Positions 24,871 through 35,098 of a DNA stretch of 64,000 nucleotides are shown here, in pieces (the first letter of the stretch is position 1; the number at the start of each line of letters is the position of its first letter). Origin of the DNA: Phycisphaerae bacterium (GTDB lineage: Bacteria > Planctomycetota > Phycisphaerae > WQYP01). A program made the translations under genes and the position numbers. The notes below the pieces were generated by a model. That model saw only the letters and a list, made by a program, of their open reading frames with translations, was not told the DNA's origin and did not search any database. The stretch is from NCBI GenBank assembly GCA_035524355.1, contig DATKPA010000021.1, positions 1-64,000 of the forward strand, in the 5' to 3' direction.

Positions 24871-25367
24871 CCCGCATCCCCCGTCAACCCATCGCGCGTC
24901 CTCCTCCCCGCCACCCCATCCAGTTCCAGCCCCTTATCAGCCTGAAACATCAACACCCCCTTCTCCGTATTCCCCCCCATCTGCCCATCCGCCCCCGACG
25001 TCCCCACATCATAGCCCAGCATCATCAACCGCTGCTGCACCCCGCGCGTCTCCGTCGCCGCATCCAGCGCCGCATCGTTGATCGACACCGTATACTCCGA
25101 CACCACCGTCCCATTGAACAAAATCTGCAGCGTCGACGAATCCCCGCGCACCTGGCAATCGATCTTCCCATCCGCCGGCGTCTGCCCGCTCTGAATCTGC
25201 GTCCCGTTCGACAGCACCCGGTACTCCAGATTCTGAATCCCCCGATCCCCCGACGACGCCTCCACCCCCGGAAACCGCTGAAAGTAAACCGGGATCGTCC
25301 GCGTATCGATCGTGTTGAACGCGCCCGACTCATTGATCAGCCGCGCGATGACATCCAGAAAGCTCAT
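24864..25367 (-). CDS. peptidoglycan-binding (PGB_1) domain protein
   Basis: C-terminal QQRLMMLGYDVG...DGQMGGNTEKGVLMFQADKGLELDGVAG PG-binding domain. Confidence 0.6.
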   Translation of the reverse strand: MSFLDVIARLINESGAFNTIDTRTIPVYFQRFPGVEASSGDRGIQNLEYRVLSNGTQIQSGQTPADGKIDCQVRGDSSTLQILFNGTVVSEYTVSINDAALDAATETRGVQQRLMMLGYDVGTSGADGQMGGNTEKGVLMFQADKGLELDGVAGRRTRDGLTGDAGE

Positions 25368-25980
25368 TGCCCAAACCGCTCCTGCAGCATGTTCCGCGTA
25401 TCCTCATTCAACTCCCCCGTCTCCTCCAGCCCCACCTTCTTCTGAAACGCCTTCAACGCGTTATACATGTTCCCATCATTAAACCGATACCCCATCGTCC
25501 GCAGCCGCCCCGCCACGCCACTCTCCGTGCTCAACGGATCCACCGTCCCCAACTGAATTGGAAATTCATCGATCTGCTTCCCCGAACCCACCTTCAACAA
25601 CCCGCTCTGCGCCCCCGCCGGAATCTTCTGCTTCAAATACCCGTCCTTATCCAGCTTCCCCGTATACCACGTACCATCCACCAGCAACTTGTACGGCTCA
25701 TTCGCCCGCGGCTTACCCCCCGTCATCACCCGTATCTTCACCTTCGCCCCCCCCTTCTTCTTGAACTTGTACTTCGCCCCCGAACTCCGGCTCTCCTCCC
25801 TCAACTGCTTGTCCGGTATCACCACCACATCCCCCGGCAACAACGCATTCGGATCCTTCCGCTCCTCCTTCAGCTGCGCATTCTCCCCGTAATTCCAGAT
25901 CGTCGACCACAAAAACCCATACTCGTCCGCGATGCTCGACAGACAATCCCCCTGCTCCACTGTGTACTGAATCGGCATGG
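25364..25980 (-). CDS. LysM + peptidoglycan-binding domain protein
   Basis: N-terminal YTVEQGDCLSSIADEYG LysM, C-terminal VAGRLRTMGYRFNDGNMYNALKAFQKKVGLEETGELNEDT PG-binding domain; start at MPIQYT (ORF extends to 26146). Confidence 0.65.
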
Positions 25981-26138
25981 ACAATCGCCCCGCAGTTATC
26001 CTGAATATCTTCCCGAAGCCCTTCCCTCGCACTTTACCACCAACCCCACCCCCGTCCAATACGCAATTCCCCATCTGCCCCCCTCGGCCAAACGACGCGG
26101 ACTCTTCAACGGACCTCCTCCGAAAATTCACATCCTGA

Positions 26139-26435
26139 TCAACCACCCGCGAGAGCGCCGACGATCAGCAGCGGTTCCTTACCGGATGCAATTGCTTCGG
26201 GAAGCGGCGTGTCGGGCGGGTCGTAGGAGATATCCTCCTGGCAGGCGAAGAAGCGCACGAGCGGCCGACGCTGCCGGGTCTGGTGATCGCGGATCGTGCC
26301 GCGCAGCATCGGATAAGCCGCTTCGATGGCGTCGACAACGGTGCGCTGCGTAACGGGCGCTTGCACGTCCAGCTCAACTTCTCCGGTAACACGGGCGAGC
26401 GTGCGCAAATGAAATGGAAGCACAACACGAACCAT
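26139..26435 (-). CDS. MoaD/ThiS-like ubiquitin-fold protein (C-terminal GG)
   Basis: 98 aa ending ...[10 protein letters not shown]; beta-grasp sulfur-carrier pattern. Confidence 0.5.
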   Translation of the reverse strand: MVRVVLPFHLRTLARVTGEVELDVQAPVTQRTVVDAIEAAYPMLRGTIRDHQTRQRRPLVRFFACQEDISYDPPDTPLPEAIASGKEPLLIVGALAGG

Positions 26436-27610
26436 CAGATTACCTGCACTTCAACCGAGAGAACCGCCGGGAGATCGTGAACGATCGGTTTCCAGGAATC
26501 GCCGCCGTCGGGAGAGACGTAGACCTGCCCGCCCGTAGTGCCGAAGTAGATCCCGCACGGATCGAGCTTATCAACGCACATCGCGTCGCGCAGGACATTC
26601 GCGTAACAATCCTTCTGCGGCAACCCGTTGGTCAGCGCCTCCCACTCATTTCCTCCCGACCGGCTGCGATACACGCGAAGTTTCCCCTCCGGCGGATAGT
26701 GCAGCGAATCGCTGGTGATCGGGACGACGTAGATCGTCTCCGGCTCGTGAGCGTGCACATCAATCGGAAAGCCGAAGTCCGTCGGAAGATTCCCGCTGAC
26801 TTCATGCCACATCGTGCCCGCATCGTCCGTCCGCATGACATCCCAGTGCTTCTGCATGTAGAGCACGTCTGGCCGTGAAGGATGCATCGCAATCCGGTGA
26901 ACGCAGTGCCCAACGTCGGCATCGGGGTCGGGAAGCTGGTATAGCGACTTGAGGCCATTGTTGATCGGCGTCCAGGTCTTCCCGGCATCATCCGTGCGGA
27001 ATGCGCCGGCGGCGGAGATGGCGATGTACATGCGGTTCTTGTTCGTGGGGTCGAGCAGAATGGTATGGAGCCCGAGCCCGCCCGCGCCGGGTTGCCACAG
27101 GTCCCCCTTTGCCGCGCGCAGGCCCGCGAGTTCCTGCCACGTTTGCCCGCCGTTCGTGGAACGGAACATCGCGGCATCTTCAACGCCGGCGTAAACGGTG
27201 TTGGGATCATCCAGCGACGGCTCCAGGTGCCAGACACGCTTGAAATCCCACGGGTGCTGCGTGCCGTCGTACCATTTGTGCGTGGTGATCGGCTTCCCGG
27301 TTTCCGCCGAGCCGTCATAAACGAATTTGTTGCTTTCGCCCCGCGCGACGCCTCCTTGTGCTTCTTCAGGTCCACCCCCGGGCGTCTCCCAGGTTTTTCC
27401 GCCATCACTGGAACGCTGGATGATCTGGCCGAACCAGCTGCTCGTTTGCGACGCGAAGATGCGGCTGGGATCCGCCGGCGATCCCTTCATGTGATAGATT
27501 TCCCACCCCGCGAAATAGGGGCCATCAACTTTCCATTTGTCGCGCTTGCCATCGGAGGTCAGCAGGAAGGCCCCTTTGCGTGTACCGACCAGAACTCGAA
27601 TGGCAGTCAT
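26435..27610 (-). CDS. BNR/Asp-box repeat protein (sialidase/Ycf48-like beta-propeller)
   Basis: six SxDxGxTW-type Asp-boxes ([48 protein letters not shown]). Confidence 0.75.
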   Translation of the reverse strand: MTAIRVLVGTRKGAFLLTSDGKRDKWKVDGPYFAGWEIYHMKGSPADPSRIFASQTSSWFGQIIQRSSDGGKTWETPGGGPEEAQGGVARGESNKFVYDGSAETGKPITTHKWYDGTQHPWDFKRVWHLEPSLDDPNTVYAGVEDAAMFRSTNGGQTWQELAGLRAAKGDLWQPGAGGLGLHTILLDPTNKNRMYIAISAAGAFRTDDAGKTWTPINNGLKSLYQLPDPDADVGHCVHRIAMHPSRPDVLYMQKHWDVMRTDDAGTMWHEVSGNLPTDFGFPIDVHAHEPETIYVVPITSDSLHYPPEGKLRVYRSRSGGNEWEALTNGLPQKDCYANVLRDAMCVDKLDPCGIYFGTTGGQVYVSPDGGDSWKPIVHDLPAVLSVEVQVI

Positions 27611-27686
27611 AATCGGCTCCGAAAAGAAGTGCGGGTGAATTGAGAACTGCGCGGCAATTTCCACTTCTGTAACGACTGTTACACTA

Positions 27687-27848
27687 GGCTCTGTCTGAAA
27701 ACAGCAGTGCGGTCGGATGGCGGTCTGGAAGGGCCAGATGCAAGGACGCAGACCTGAGGCATATTCGCAAATATTCCGAAGGGCGAGGACGCCGCAGATG
27801 GCCTTTCCAGGCCGACAGACGATCCCGCTGATGTTTTCAGACAGAGCC
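27687..27848. repeat. ~160-bp element with nested inverted repeats (outer GGCTCTGTCTGAAAACA / TGTTTTCAGACAGAGCC)
   Basis: 17-bp perfect terminal inverted repeats plus inner imperfect IR (tctggaagggccag / ctggcctttccagg); lies in low-GC intergenic region. Confidence 0.5.
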
Positions 27849-27947
27849 TAAATACCCCGGTCAGGGGGCGTCAAGGGAATTCCGCGAGGAAGGAGAATGC
27901 GCCTAAACGCTTTTAGCGCCATCGCAACGCGACGCCGTTCGGAGTTC

Positions 27948-28409
27948 CTATACGTTGCGGGTCTTCCCAATCGGCGCCAAGGAATAGTTGCTCTCGAACT
28001 CACCCAACTTGTCGCTAATTTCATCTTGACGCCAATACCTATCGTCAGCAGTGCCTGACGTTGGTTTATCCTTGCGCGACCTTTCATCAGCGACGATTCG
28101 CGGAACAATGAAGACGCGCCTACATGTTTGATCCGCACCCGGCAGGAGCACAATTGCCAGCCAATCGAACTGATCTGTCGCGCTGTAGGTGACGAAGGTG
28201 TCTCCTCCGCGCTTAAAGGTGCGAGACTTAACCGAGATCCGTTGCGGTGGTCCGCCGCCCGGCGGTTGCGCAATTACGTCATAGTGCGGCCAGCAGTCGG
28301 GAACTTTTAGCGCTGGCACGCCCGCGAGCGTCATTTCGGCTGCAACCAGCATCTCACACGCGTCGCCCATTTGCTTGGAGGTATAGGGTCGATCTGCCAT
28401 GTGCGACAT
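27948..28409 (-). CDS. putative PD-(D/E)XK-fold nuclease (restriction-endonuclease-like), hypothetical
   Basis: 153 aa; E...YDVIA...ISVKS arrangement compatible with E-x(n)-D-x(n)-(S/E)VK motif; gene lies in ~50% GC island. Confidence 0.4.
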   Translation of the reverse strand: MSHMADRPYTSKQMGDACEMLVAAEMTLAGVPALKVPDCWPHYDVIAQPPGGGPPQRISVKSRTFKRGGDTFVTYSATDQFDWLAIVLLPGADQTCRRVFIVPRIVADERSRKDKPTSGTADDRYWRQDEISDKLGEFESNYSLAPIGKTRNV

Positions 28410-28805
28410 TGTAAGCGGTCTACAGCATCTTGCTCACCTCACCATGACTGCCAACGGCCCCACCCTCATCCTCTCCCCGCCTCCCCCTGCAGAACTGGAA
28501 ACCCCCGCACCTCCCCTTTCATCGACCGCATCACCCACCGCAAAACCCGCACCCCCAAATGCAACCCCAGCATTAAAAACCCCATCATCGACATCGCCGC
28601 AAACCCCTGCCCCGGCTCGTCCACCGACCACGCAAACGCCGCGAACGTCCCCGCATACACCAGCAGAAAAACCAACGTCCCCCAGTAAGACCCATCCGCT
28701 CCATTCGCCACGTTCCACTCCTCAAAGATGCCGACTCACTCTTGCATACGTATCTTCGGCAAAAATGATCGCGCGATTTATTGCGCCTCCTCCTCCCTGC
28801 CAAAC

Positions 28806-28915
28806 CCATTTGTGTTCATTTGTGTCCATTTGTGGGCAATTCCCGTCCTCCCTCATTCTGAACTCTGAATTCTCCAATGAATCAATGCCCCGATGACTCA
28901 ATGACTCAATCCGCC
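28806..28915. repeat. CATTTGTG / ATTCTGAA / AATGACTC short tandem repeats upstream of recA
   Basis: catttgtgttcatttgtgtccatttgtggg...cattctgaactctgaattctcc...gatgactcaatgactcaatcc. Confidence 0.5.
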
Positions 28916-29046
28916 CCTTCCCAAAAAATTCCCGAACTTCCCCTTGACCGTTCGCCTCCCGTTCGGTATACTCATCCCACGACCACATGACTCCGTAAAG
29001 TTTTTGTGATATTACCCGATTCTGTTGCTATTACGTGGAGAAACTC

Positions 29047-30174
29047 ATGTCCAAGGAAACGAACCCCCCTCGTGGTGACACCGCCCAACGCGACCAGGCC
29101 CTCGACCGTGCTCTCGCCCAAATCGAGAAGACCTACGGCAAGGGCGCCATCATGAATATGGAGGGCAACACCACCCTCAATATCGACGGCATCCCCACCG
29201 GCGCTCTCTCCCTCGACATCGCCCTCGGCGGCAAAGGTATCCCCCGCGGACGCATCGTCGAAGTCTTCGGCCCTGAATCCTCCGGCAAAACCACCCTCTG
29301 TCTCCACATCATCGCCGAAGCCCAGAAGAAGGGCGGCGTCGCCGCCTTCGTTGACGCTGAACACGCCCTCGACCCCTCCTGGGCCAAGCGCCTCGGCGTC
29401 TCCCTCAAAGACCTCCTCGTCTCCCAGCCCGACACCGGCGAACAGGCCCTCGAAATTGTCGAAACCCTCGTCCGCTCCAATGCCGTCGACGTCATCGTCG
29501 TCGACTCCGTCGCCGCCCTCATCCCCAAAGCCGAAATCGAAGGCGAGATGGGCGACGCCACCATGGGCGCCCAGGCCCGCCTCATGTCCCAGGCCATGCG
29601 CAAACTCACCGCCGCCGTCTCCAAATCCAAAACCCTCGTCATCTTCATCAACCAGATCCGCATGAAGATCGGCGTCATGTTCGGCAACCCCGAAACCACC
29701 ACCGGCGGCAACGCCCTCAAGTTCTACTCCTCCATCCGCATCGACATCCGCCGCATCAACGCCATCAAGGAAGGCGAAGTCGCCATCGGCAACCGCGTCC
29801 GCGCCAAGGTCGTCAAAAACAAAATCGCTCCCCCCTTCCGCGAAGCCGAGTTCGACATCCTCTTCGACTCCGGCATCTCCTACGAAGGCGACCTCCTCGA
29901 CATGGGCGTCAACGAAACCGTCATCGACAAATCCGGCGCCTGGTTCAACTACGGCAACGTCCGCCTGGGTCAAGGCCGCGAACAAGCCCGCCAGTTCCTC
30001 AAAGACAACCCCGAAGTCGCCAAAGAAATCCGCGAAAAAGTCCTCGCCAAGAAGTCCCGCGAGTCCGCCCCCGAACCCAAGCCAGATCCGAAACCCGCTG
30101 GCAAGACTGAAGTTAAGACCGAACCCAAGGCCGAAAAAGCCGACCACAAAGTCCCCGCAAAAACCGGCAAGTAG
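29047..30174 (+). CDS. recA: recombinase RecA
   Basis: GPESSGKTT Walker A, full RecA core and C-terminal acidic/lysine-rich tail; strongly C3-biased codons. Confidence 0.95.
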   Translation: MSKETNPPRGDTAQRDQALDRALAQIEKTYGKGAIMNMEGNTTLNIDGIPTGALSLDIALGGKGIPRGRIVEVFGPESSGKTTLCLHIIAEAQKKGGVAAFVDAEHALDPSWAKRLGVSLKDLLVSQPDTGEQALEIVETLVRSNAVDVIVVDSVAALIPKAEIEGEMGDATMGAQARLMSQAMRKLTAAVSKSKTLVIFINQIRMKIGVMFGNPETTTGGNALKFYSSIRIDIRRINAIKEGEVAIGNRVRAKVVKNKIAPPFREAEFDILFDSGISYEGDLLDMGVNETVIDKSGAWFNYGNVRLGQGREQARQFLKDNPEVAKEIREKVLAKKSRESAPEPKPDPKPAGKTEVKTEPKAEKADHKVPAKTGK

Positions 30175-30497
30175 GGCCATAACGACGCCTCATCGAGGCG
30201 GAACGAAGCCGTATCGACGCCAAAAAGAGCCCAGGTCCGGGCCAAAAACGGGAGTTTTGGAGGGGGGAGCATGGCAATGTCGGCCAAAACCAATCGCAAG
30301 ACCAAGGGCGTGATCGCCACAACGATCACGCCCTTTTCCGATCCATCCCAATCACCCTCTTTACGAATAACCCCCACCGCTGCCTCGCCGCCGCTCAAAA
30401 ACCGCCGCTGCCGTGGTGCCCCGGAAAAGTCCAAATGTCTGGCGGACCGCAGGAAAACGCTGTATTCTTTCCGGCTCAACTCAACCGGAGGAACGGA

Positions 30498-31832
30498 ATG
30501 AGTAAACAACTCGCCAATCGCGCAGCCATCGAAAAGGCCGTCACCAAGGCCCTGCGCGAACAACCCATCGTGGACATGCACACCCACCTCTACACCCCCG
30601 AGTTCGGCACGCCCGATCCCAATCGCACCGGCAAAACCGATCCCAACGGCTTGCTGCTCTGGGGCCTCGACGAACTTTTGACCTATCACTATCTTGTCGC
30701 CGAAGTCTTCCGCATCGTCCCCGCCACGGAGCTGCCCTACGAGAAGTTCTGGAAAATGTCGAAAACGGAGCAGGCGGATCACATCTGGAAGCATCTGTTT
30801 GTGGAGCGGCCCCCGATCAGTGAGGCGTGCCGCGGCGTGCTGACTTCGCTCGAAATGCTCGGGCTCGAGGTGGGGAAGAAGAAGGACCTGACGAAAGCGC
30901 GAAAGTGGTTCGCGGCTCAGGACCCGGACAAGTACATCGACAAGGTGATGGAACTCTCGAACGTCGAGAGCATCACCATGACCAACCCGGTGTTCGATGA
31001 CAACGAGCGCGGCCGCTGGTTGAAGTCGGCGGAAGTGCTGCGGAGCGATCCGCGGTTCAAGGCGGTGCTGCGGATTGACCCGATTCTGCGCAACTGGCCG
31101 CTCGCGGCACAGAAGTTGACGGAATGGGGCTTCGCGGCCGGGGATGGGAAGAAGTTGTCGCCGAAGAACATTGAAGAGGGGCAACGGTTCCTGCGGGAGT
31201 GGCTGGATCGGCAGGAGTCGATTTACATGGCGCTCTCGCTGCCGCCGGACTTCCGGTATCCCGCACCCGAAGGGGATGCGATTGCCGAAGCGGGGCAGAT
31301 CGCGCTGGAGAAAATCATTCTGCCGATCGCGGCCGAGCGGAACATTCCGTTTGCCATGATGATCGGCAGCCGGCTGAGGGTGAATCCGGCGCTGGGCGAT
31401 GCGGGCGACACCGTCGGATATTCCGACGTGAGTTCGGTTGTGCGGCTGTGCGCGGCGTTTCCGAAGAATAAGTTCTTTGTGACGATGCTGGCGCGAGAAA
31501 ATCAGCACGAGCTGTGCATCGCGGCGCGGAAGTTCGGCAACCTGATGATCTTCGGCTGTTGGTGGTTCCTGAACAATCCGAGCCTCATCGAAGAGATGAC
31601 ACGGATGCGCATCGAACTCCTCGGCAGCAGCATGATTCCGCAGCATTCCGATGCCCGCGTGCTGGATCAGCTTCTTTACAAGTGGACGCACAGCCGGGCG
31701 ATCATCGGCAAGGTGCTGACGGATAAATATTCGGACATCGTCGATACCGGCTGGGTGCTTTCCGAAGAGGATGTGAAGAAGGATGTCGAGCGAATGCTGA
31801 AGGGCAATTTCCTCGACTTCCTGAAGCGGTGA
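30498..31832 (+). CDS. uxaC: glucuronate isomerase (uronate isomerase)
   Basis: IVDMHTHL, NPVFDD, GCWWFLN motifs of UxaC family; 444 aa. Confidence 0.85.
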   Translation: MSKQLANRAAIEKAVTKALREQPIVDMHTHLYTPEFGTPDPNRTGKTDPNGLLLWGLDELLTYHYLVAEVFRIVPATELPYEKFWKMSKTEQADHIWKHLFVERPPISEACRGVLTSLEMLGLEVGKKKDLTKARKWFAAQDPDKYIDKVMELSNVESITMTNPVFDDNERGRWLKSAEVLRSDPRFKAVLRIDPILRNWPLAAQKLTEWGFAAGDGKKLSPKNIEEGQRFLREWLDRQESIYMALSLPPDFRYPAPEGDAIAEAGQIALEKIILPIAAERNIPFAMMIGSRLRVNPALGDAGDTVGYSDVSSVVRLCAAFPKNKFFVTMLARENQHELCIAARKFGNLMIFGCWWFLNNPSLIEEMTRMRIELLGSSMIPQHSDARVLDQLLYKWTHSRAIIGKVLTDKYSDIVDTGWVLSEEDVKKDVERMLKGNFLDFLKR

Positions 31833-32010
31833 ACTCCCCGTCCCGAAGGCCGGGGCTAAACGGGTGAAATACCGAGGAATTGCTGCGGATTCGCCCTAGG
31901 GTGAATGTGGTTTCGCCCTGAATTGCTGGCGGATTCGCCAACTGATACGATCCGCGTTCATGCGCTGCCGGATCACCACATCGTGACGTGCAGCGGATTG
32001 AGAAAGTGAG

Positions 32011-32988
32011 TTGAGGGTAAACATGCGTATTTTGTTGACCACTACGAGTTTTCAGGACACGCCGGGGAAGCATCACGAGGTGCTGGCGAAGAGCGGATTT
32101 GAAGTGGTGCGGGCGCGGGGGCCGCTGAACGAGGGGCAGGTGTTGGATCTGGTGAAGTCAGGCGGCGGGTTTGATGGGTTGCTCAATGGGGATGATGCGA
32201 TCACGGCGAAGGTGATTGACGCGGCGCTGCCGCGGCTGCGGGTGATTGCAAAGTACGGGATCGGGCTCGATTCGATCGATGTGAAGTACGCGACCAGCAA
32301 GAAGATTCCGGTGCTCTTTACGCCGGGCGTGAACCACACGACCGTTGCCGAGCACACGTTTGGATTGATGATCGCGCTGGCGAAACACTTCTGGCCGCAC
32401 TTGAAGAGCACCAAGTCGGGCGGGTGGAAGCGGATGACGGGGAGCGAGTTGTATGGAAAGACGATCGCGGTGATGGGCGTCGGCCGCATCGGCAAGGAAG
32501 TCATCAAGCGGGCGAAGGCGTTCGACATGAACGCGATCGGCTACGACCAGTACTGGGATGAAGCGTTTGCCAAGCAGTACGACGTGAAGCGCGCCAACAC
32601 GATAGAGGAAGCGGTGACGCAGGCGGATGTCGTTTCGCTCCACATGAACCTCGACGACTCCAACCGCGGATTTATCAACAAAGACCTGATCAGCAAGATG
32701 CGCAAGGGCTCGTACATCATCAACACGGCACGCGGCGGCCTGGTCAATGAGAACGATGTGGCCGAGGCTTGCAGGAGCGGGCAGCTCGGCGGCTACGGCT
32801 CCGATGTCGTGAACGAGGAGCCGCCGAAATCGGATCATGTATTCACGACGGTCGACAACATTATTGTAACGCCGCACGTGGGCAGCCGGACGTTCGAATC
32901 GGTGGAACGCCAGGCGCTGCGGGCGGTGCAGAACATCGTGGAGTTTCTCAACGGCGGAAAAGATTACATTCAGGCAAACAAGTTCTAG
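32011..32988 (+). CDS. D-isomer-specific 2-hydroxyacid dehydrogenase family protein
   Basis: GVGRIGKEV NAD-binding motif, catalytic R...E...H arrangement (TARGGLV...VTPH). Confidence 0.85.
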   Translation: MRVNMRILLTTTSFQDTPGKHHEVLAKSGFEVVRARGPLNEGQVLDLVKSGGGFDGLLNGDDAITAKVIDAALPRLRVIAKYGIGLDSIDVKYATSKKIPVLFTPGVNHTTVAEHTFGLMIALAKHFWPHLKSTKSGGWKRMTGSELYGKTIAVMGVGRIGKEVIKRAKAFDMNAIGYDQYWDEAFAKQYDVKRANTIEEAVTQADVVSLHMNLDDSNRGFINKDLISKMRKGSYIINTARGGLVNENDVAEACRSGQLGGYGSDVVNEEPPKSDHVFTTVDNIIVTPHVGSRTFESVERQALRAVQNIVEFLNGGKDYIQANKF

Positions 32989-33000
32989 TACTTTGCCAAA

Positions 33001-33024
33001 TGCCCATTGCCAATTGCCGATTGG
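33001..33024. repeat. inverted repeat (left) flanking four-helix-bundle gene: TGCCCATTGCCAATTGCCGATTGG
   Basis: imperfect inverted copy at 33425-33460. Confidence 0.5.
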
Positions 33025-33042
33025 ATTTAATTCGAGAGATGA

Positions 33043-33441
33043 TTGATGAATTCGGAGCAGCTTAAAGAGAGGACGATGGAGTTTTCGCTTCGAGTTGCTC
33101 GATTGATTGAGTCGTTACCTCGCACAAGAGCCGGGCGATTAGTGGAGGACCAACTTGGGCGTGCTGGCACGAGCGTTGGTTCGAATTACAGGGCAGCATG
33201 CAAGGCACGAAGCCGCAAGGAGTTCATTGCAAAGATTGGCGTTGTTGAAGAAGAATCTGACGAATCGTCGTTTTGGCTTGAGTTTATTATTCGATATGGA
33301 CTCGCAAAGGCTCACTTAGTGCAGCCGCTTCTTGAGGAATCACGGGAACTTGGCAAAATCTTCGCCAGGTCGCGCATCACTGCGAGCAATAACGAGAATC
33401 GGATACGGTCTACCAAATCCCGTGCCAGCAATCGGCAATAG
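33043..33441 (+). CDS. four-helix-bundle protein (TIGR02436 / 23S rRNA intervening-sequence protein family)
   Basis: [68 protein letters not shown] is the family signature; GC ~48% island. Confidence 0.7.
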   Translation: MMNSEQLKERTMEFSLRVARLIESLPRTRAGRLVEDQLGRAGTSVGSNYRAACKARSRKEFIAKIGVVEEESDESSFWLEFIIRYGLAKAHLVQPLLEESRELGKIFARSRITASNNENRIRSTKSRASNRQ

Positions 33442-33460
33442 GCAATGGGAAATGGGCAAT
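33425..33460. repeat. inverted repeat (right) flanking four-helix-bundle gene
   Basis: ccagcaatcggcaataggcaatgggaaatgggcaat, reverse complement resembles 33001-33024. Confidence 0.5.
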
Positions 33461-33475
33461 TTACGGAGTTCTGAG

Positions 33476-35023
33476 ATGGCTGCTGTCGCGGACGTTGGAT
33501 TGATCGGTTTGGCGGTGATGGGCGAGAACCTTGCGCTGAACATGTCGGATCACGGGTACAAGGTGGCGGTGTACAACCGCACGACCGAGGTGATGAAGAA
33601 GTTCATCGCGCGGGAGAATCCGCCGGGCGGGCTGGTGGGGTGCGAATCGCTGAAGGATTTTGTGGCGGCGATCAAGAAGCCGCGGAAGATTATTATTCTT
33701 GTCAAGGCGGGGCCGGCGGTGGATGCCGTCGTGAAGCAGCTGTTTGAGGCCGGCGTTGAGGCGGACGACATTGTCGTGGACTGCGGCAATTCGCTCTGGA
33801 CGGATACGATTCGTCGCGAGAAGGAATACCAGGCGAAGTGCAAGTTCTTTGGCTCGGGTGTTTCGGGTGGGGAACTGGGCGCTCGCTTCGGGCCGTCAAT
33901 GATGCCTGGCGGGGATCCGGATTCGTGGCAGCATCTCAAGCCGATCTGGGAGGCGGTGGCAGCGAAGGTGGATGAGAAGACGGGCAAGCCGTTGGAGGAT
34001 TATGCTCCGGGCAAGCCGGTGGTGGGCGGGGTTCCGTGCACGACGTACCTCGGACCGAACGGTGCCGGGCACTACGTGAAGATGGTGCACAATGGCATCG
34101 AATACATCGACATGCAGTTGATCTGCGAGGCGTACACGCTCATGAGCAGCATGGGCATGTCGGCGCCCGAAATCGGAAAGGTGTTCGAGCAGTGGAACCA
34201 GGGCGAGCTCGACAGTTACCTGATCCAAATCACCGCGGACATTCTGCAGCAGCATGATCCGGTACATAAGGATGGTTATCTGGTCGACCACATTCTCGAT
34301 ACGGCCGGCCAGAAAGGCACGGGCAAGTGGACCAGCACCAACGCACTGGACATGGGCATTCCGGCGAACTCGATCGCGGAAGCGGTGTTCGCGCGGTGCC
34401 TCTCGGCACTCAAGGAAGAGCGCGTAGCGGCCAGCAAGATTTTGAAAGGCCCGGCGCACGTTCAGTCGCCCGATGAGGCGGCGAAGTGGTTCGGCGGGAG
34501 CAAGGCGGATCTGATCAATGCGATTCGCGATGCTCTCTATTGCTCGAAGATCTGCGCGTACGCCCAGGGCTTCCAGTTGATGCGCGAGGCCCAGAAGGAA
34601 TACAAGTGGAAGCTGGATTTCGCGGGTATCGCCGCCATTTTCCGCGGCGGGTGCATCATCCGGGCGCGATTCCTGCAGAAGATCACCGATGCCTACCGCC
34701 GCAACGGCGACCTCGTGAACCTGCTGCTTGATACCTATTTCAACGAGCAGATTCAGAAGGGCCAGGGGAACTGGAGGAAAGTGGTGGCACTCGCGGCGAC
34801 GAACGGCGTTTCGGCTCCAGCGTTCATGTCGGCCATCGCTTATTACGATGGGTACCGCTCCGAACGTCTGCCGGCGAATCTGCTGCAGGGGCAGCGCGAC
34901 TACTTTGGCGCTCACACGTACGAGCGCACCGATTCGCCGCGCGGGAAGTTCTTCCATCTGGATTGGCCGGAGAAGGGTCGGCCGCAGATTGATATCGTCC
35001 CGGGCTCGGGCGGCGGTCACTGA
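33476..35023 (+). CDS. gnd: 6-phosphogluconate dehydrogenase, decarboxylating
   Basis: [18 protein letters not shown]-binding N-terminus, full-length 6PGDH; start at MAAVADVG (track ORF begins 33332). Confidence 0.9.
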   Translation: MAAVADVGLIGLAVMGENLALNMSDHGYKVAVYNRTTEVMKKFIARENPPGGLVGCESLKDFVAAIKKPRKIIILVKAGPAVDAVVKQLFEAGVEADDIVVDCGNSLWTDTIRREKEYQAKCKFFGSGVSGGELGARFGPSMMPGGDPDSWQHLKPIWEAVAAKVDEKTGKPLEDYAPGKPVVGGVPCTTYLGPNGAGHYVKMVHNGIEYIDMQLICEAYTLMSSMGMSAPEIGKVFEQWNQGELDSYLIQITADILQQHDPVHKDGYLVDHILDTAGQKGTGKWTSTNALDMGIPANSIAEAVFARCLSALKEERVAASKILKGPAHVQSPDEAAKWFGGSKADLINAIRDALYCSKICAYAQGFQLMREAQKEYKWKLDFAGIAAIFRGGCIIRARFLQKITDAYRRNGDLVNLLLDTYFNEQIQKGQGNWRKVVALAATNGVSAPAFMSAIAYYDGYRSERLPANLLQGQRDYFGAHTYERTDSPRGKFFHLDWPEKGRPQIDIVPGSGGGH

Positions 35024-35042
35024 TCCCCCCCCCCCACCGGCG

Positions 35043-35082
35043 AAAACACGAAGGCACGAAGACACGAAGGACCACGAAGACT
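35043..35082. repeat. CACGAAG x4 heptamer tandem array (preceded by C11 tract)
   Basis: cgaaaacacgaaggcacgaagacacgaaggaccacgaagac; reverse orientation of the CTTCGTG arrays. Confidence 0.55.
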
Positions 35083-35098
35083 GTTTAAGGGTTTCTAG

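Noticed and set aside
28399-28896. Pro/Thr/Ser-rich 165-aa plus-strand ORF and overlapping minus-strand 81/94-aa ORFs upstream of recA
   Set aside because: Extreme low complexity. The minus-strand ORFs use almost only G-ending codons, unlike native genes. The region is more plausibly the recA upstream non-coding region with C-rich strand asymmetry.
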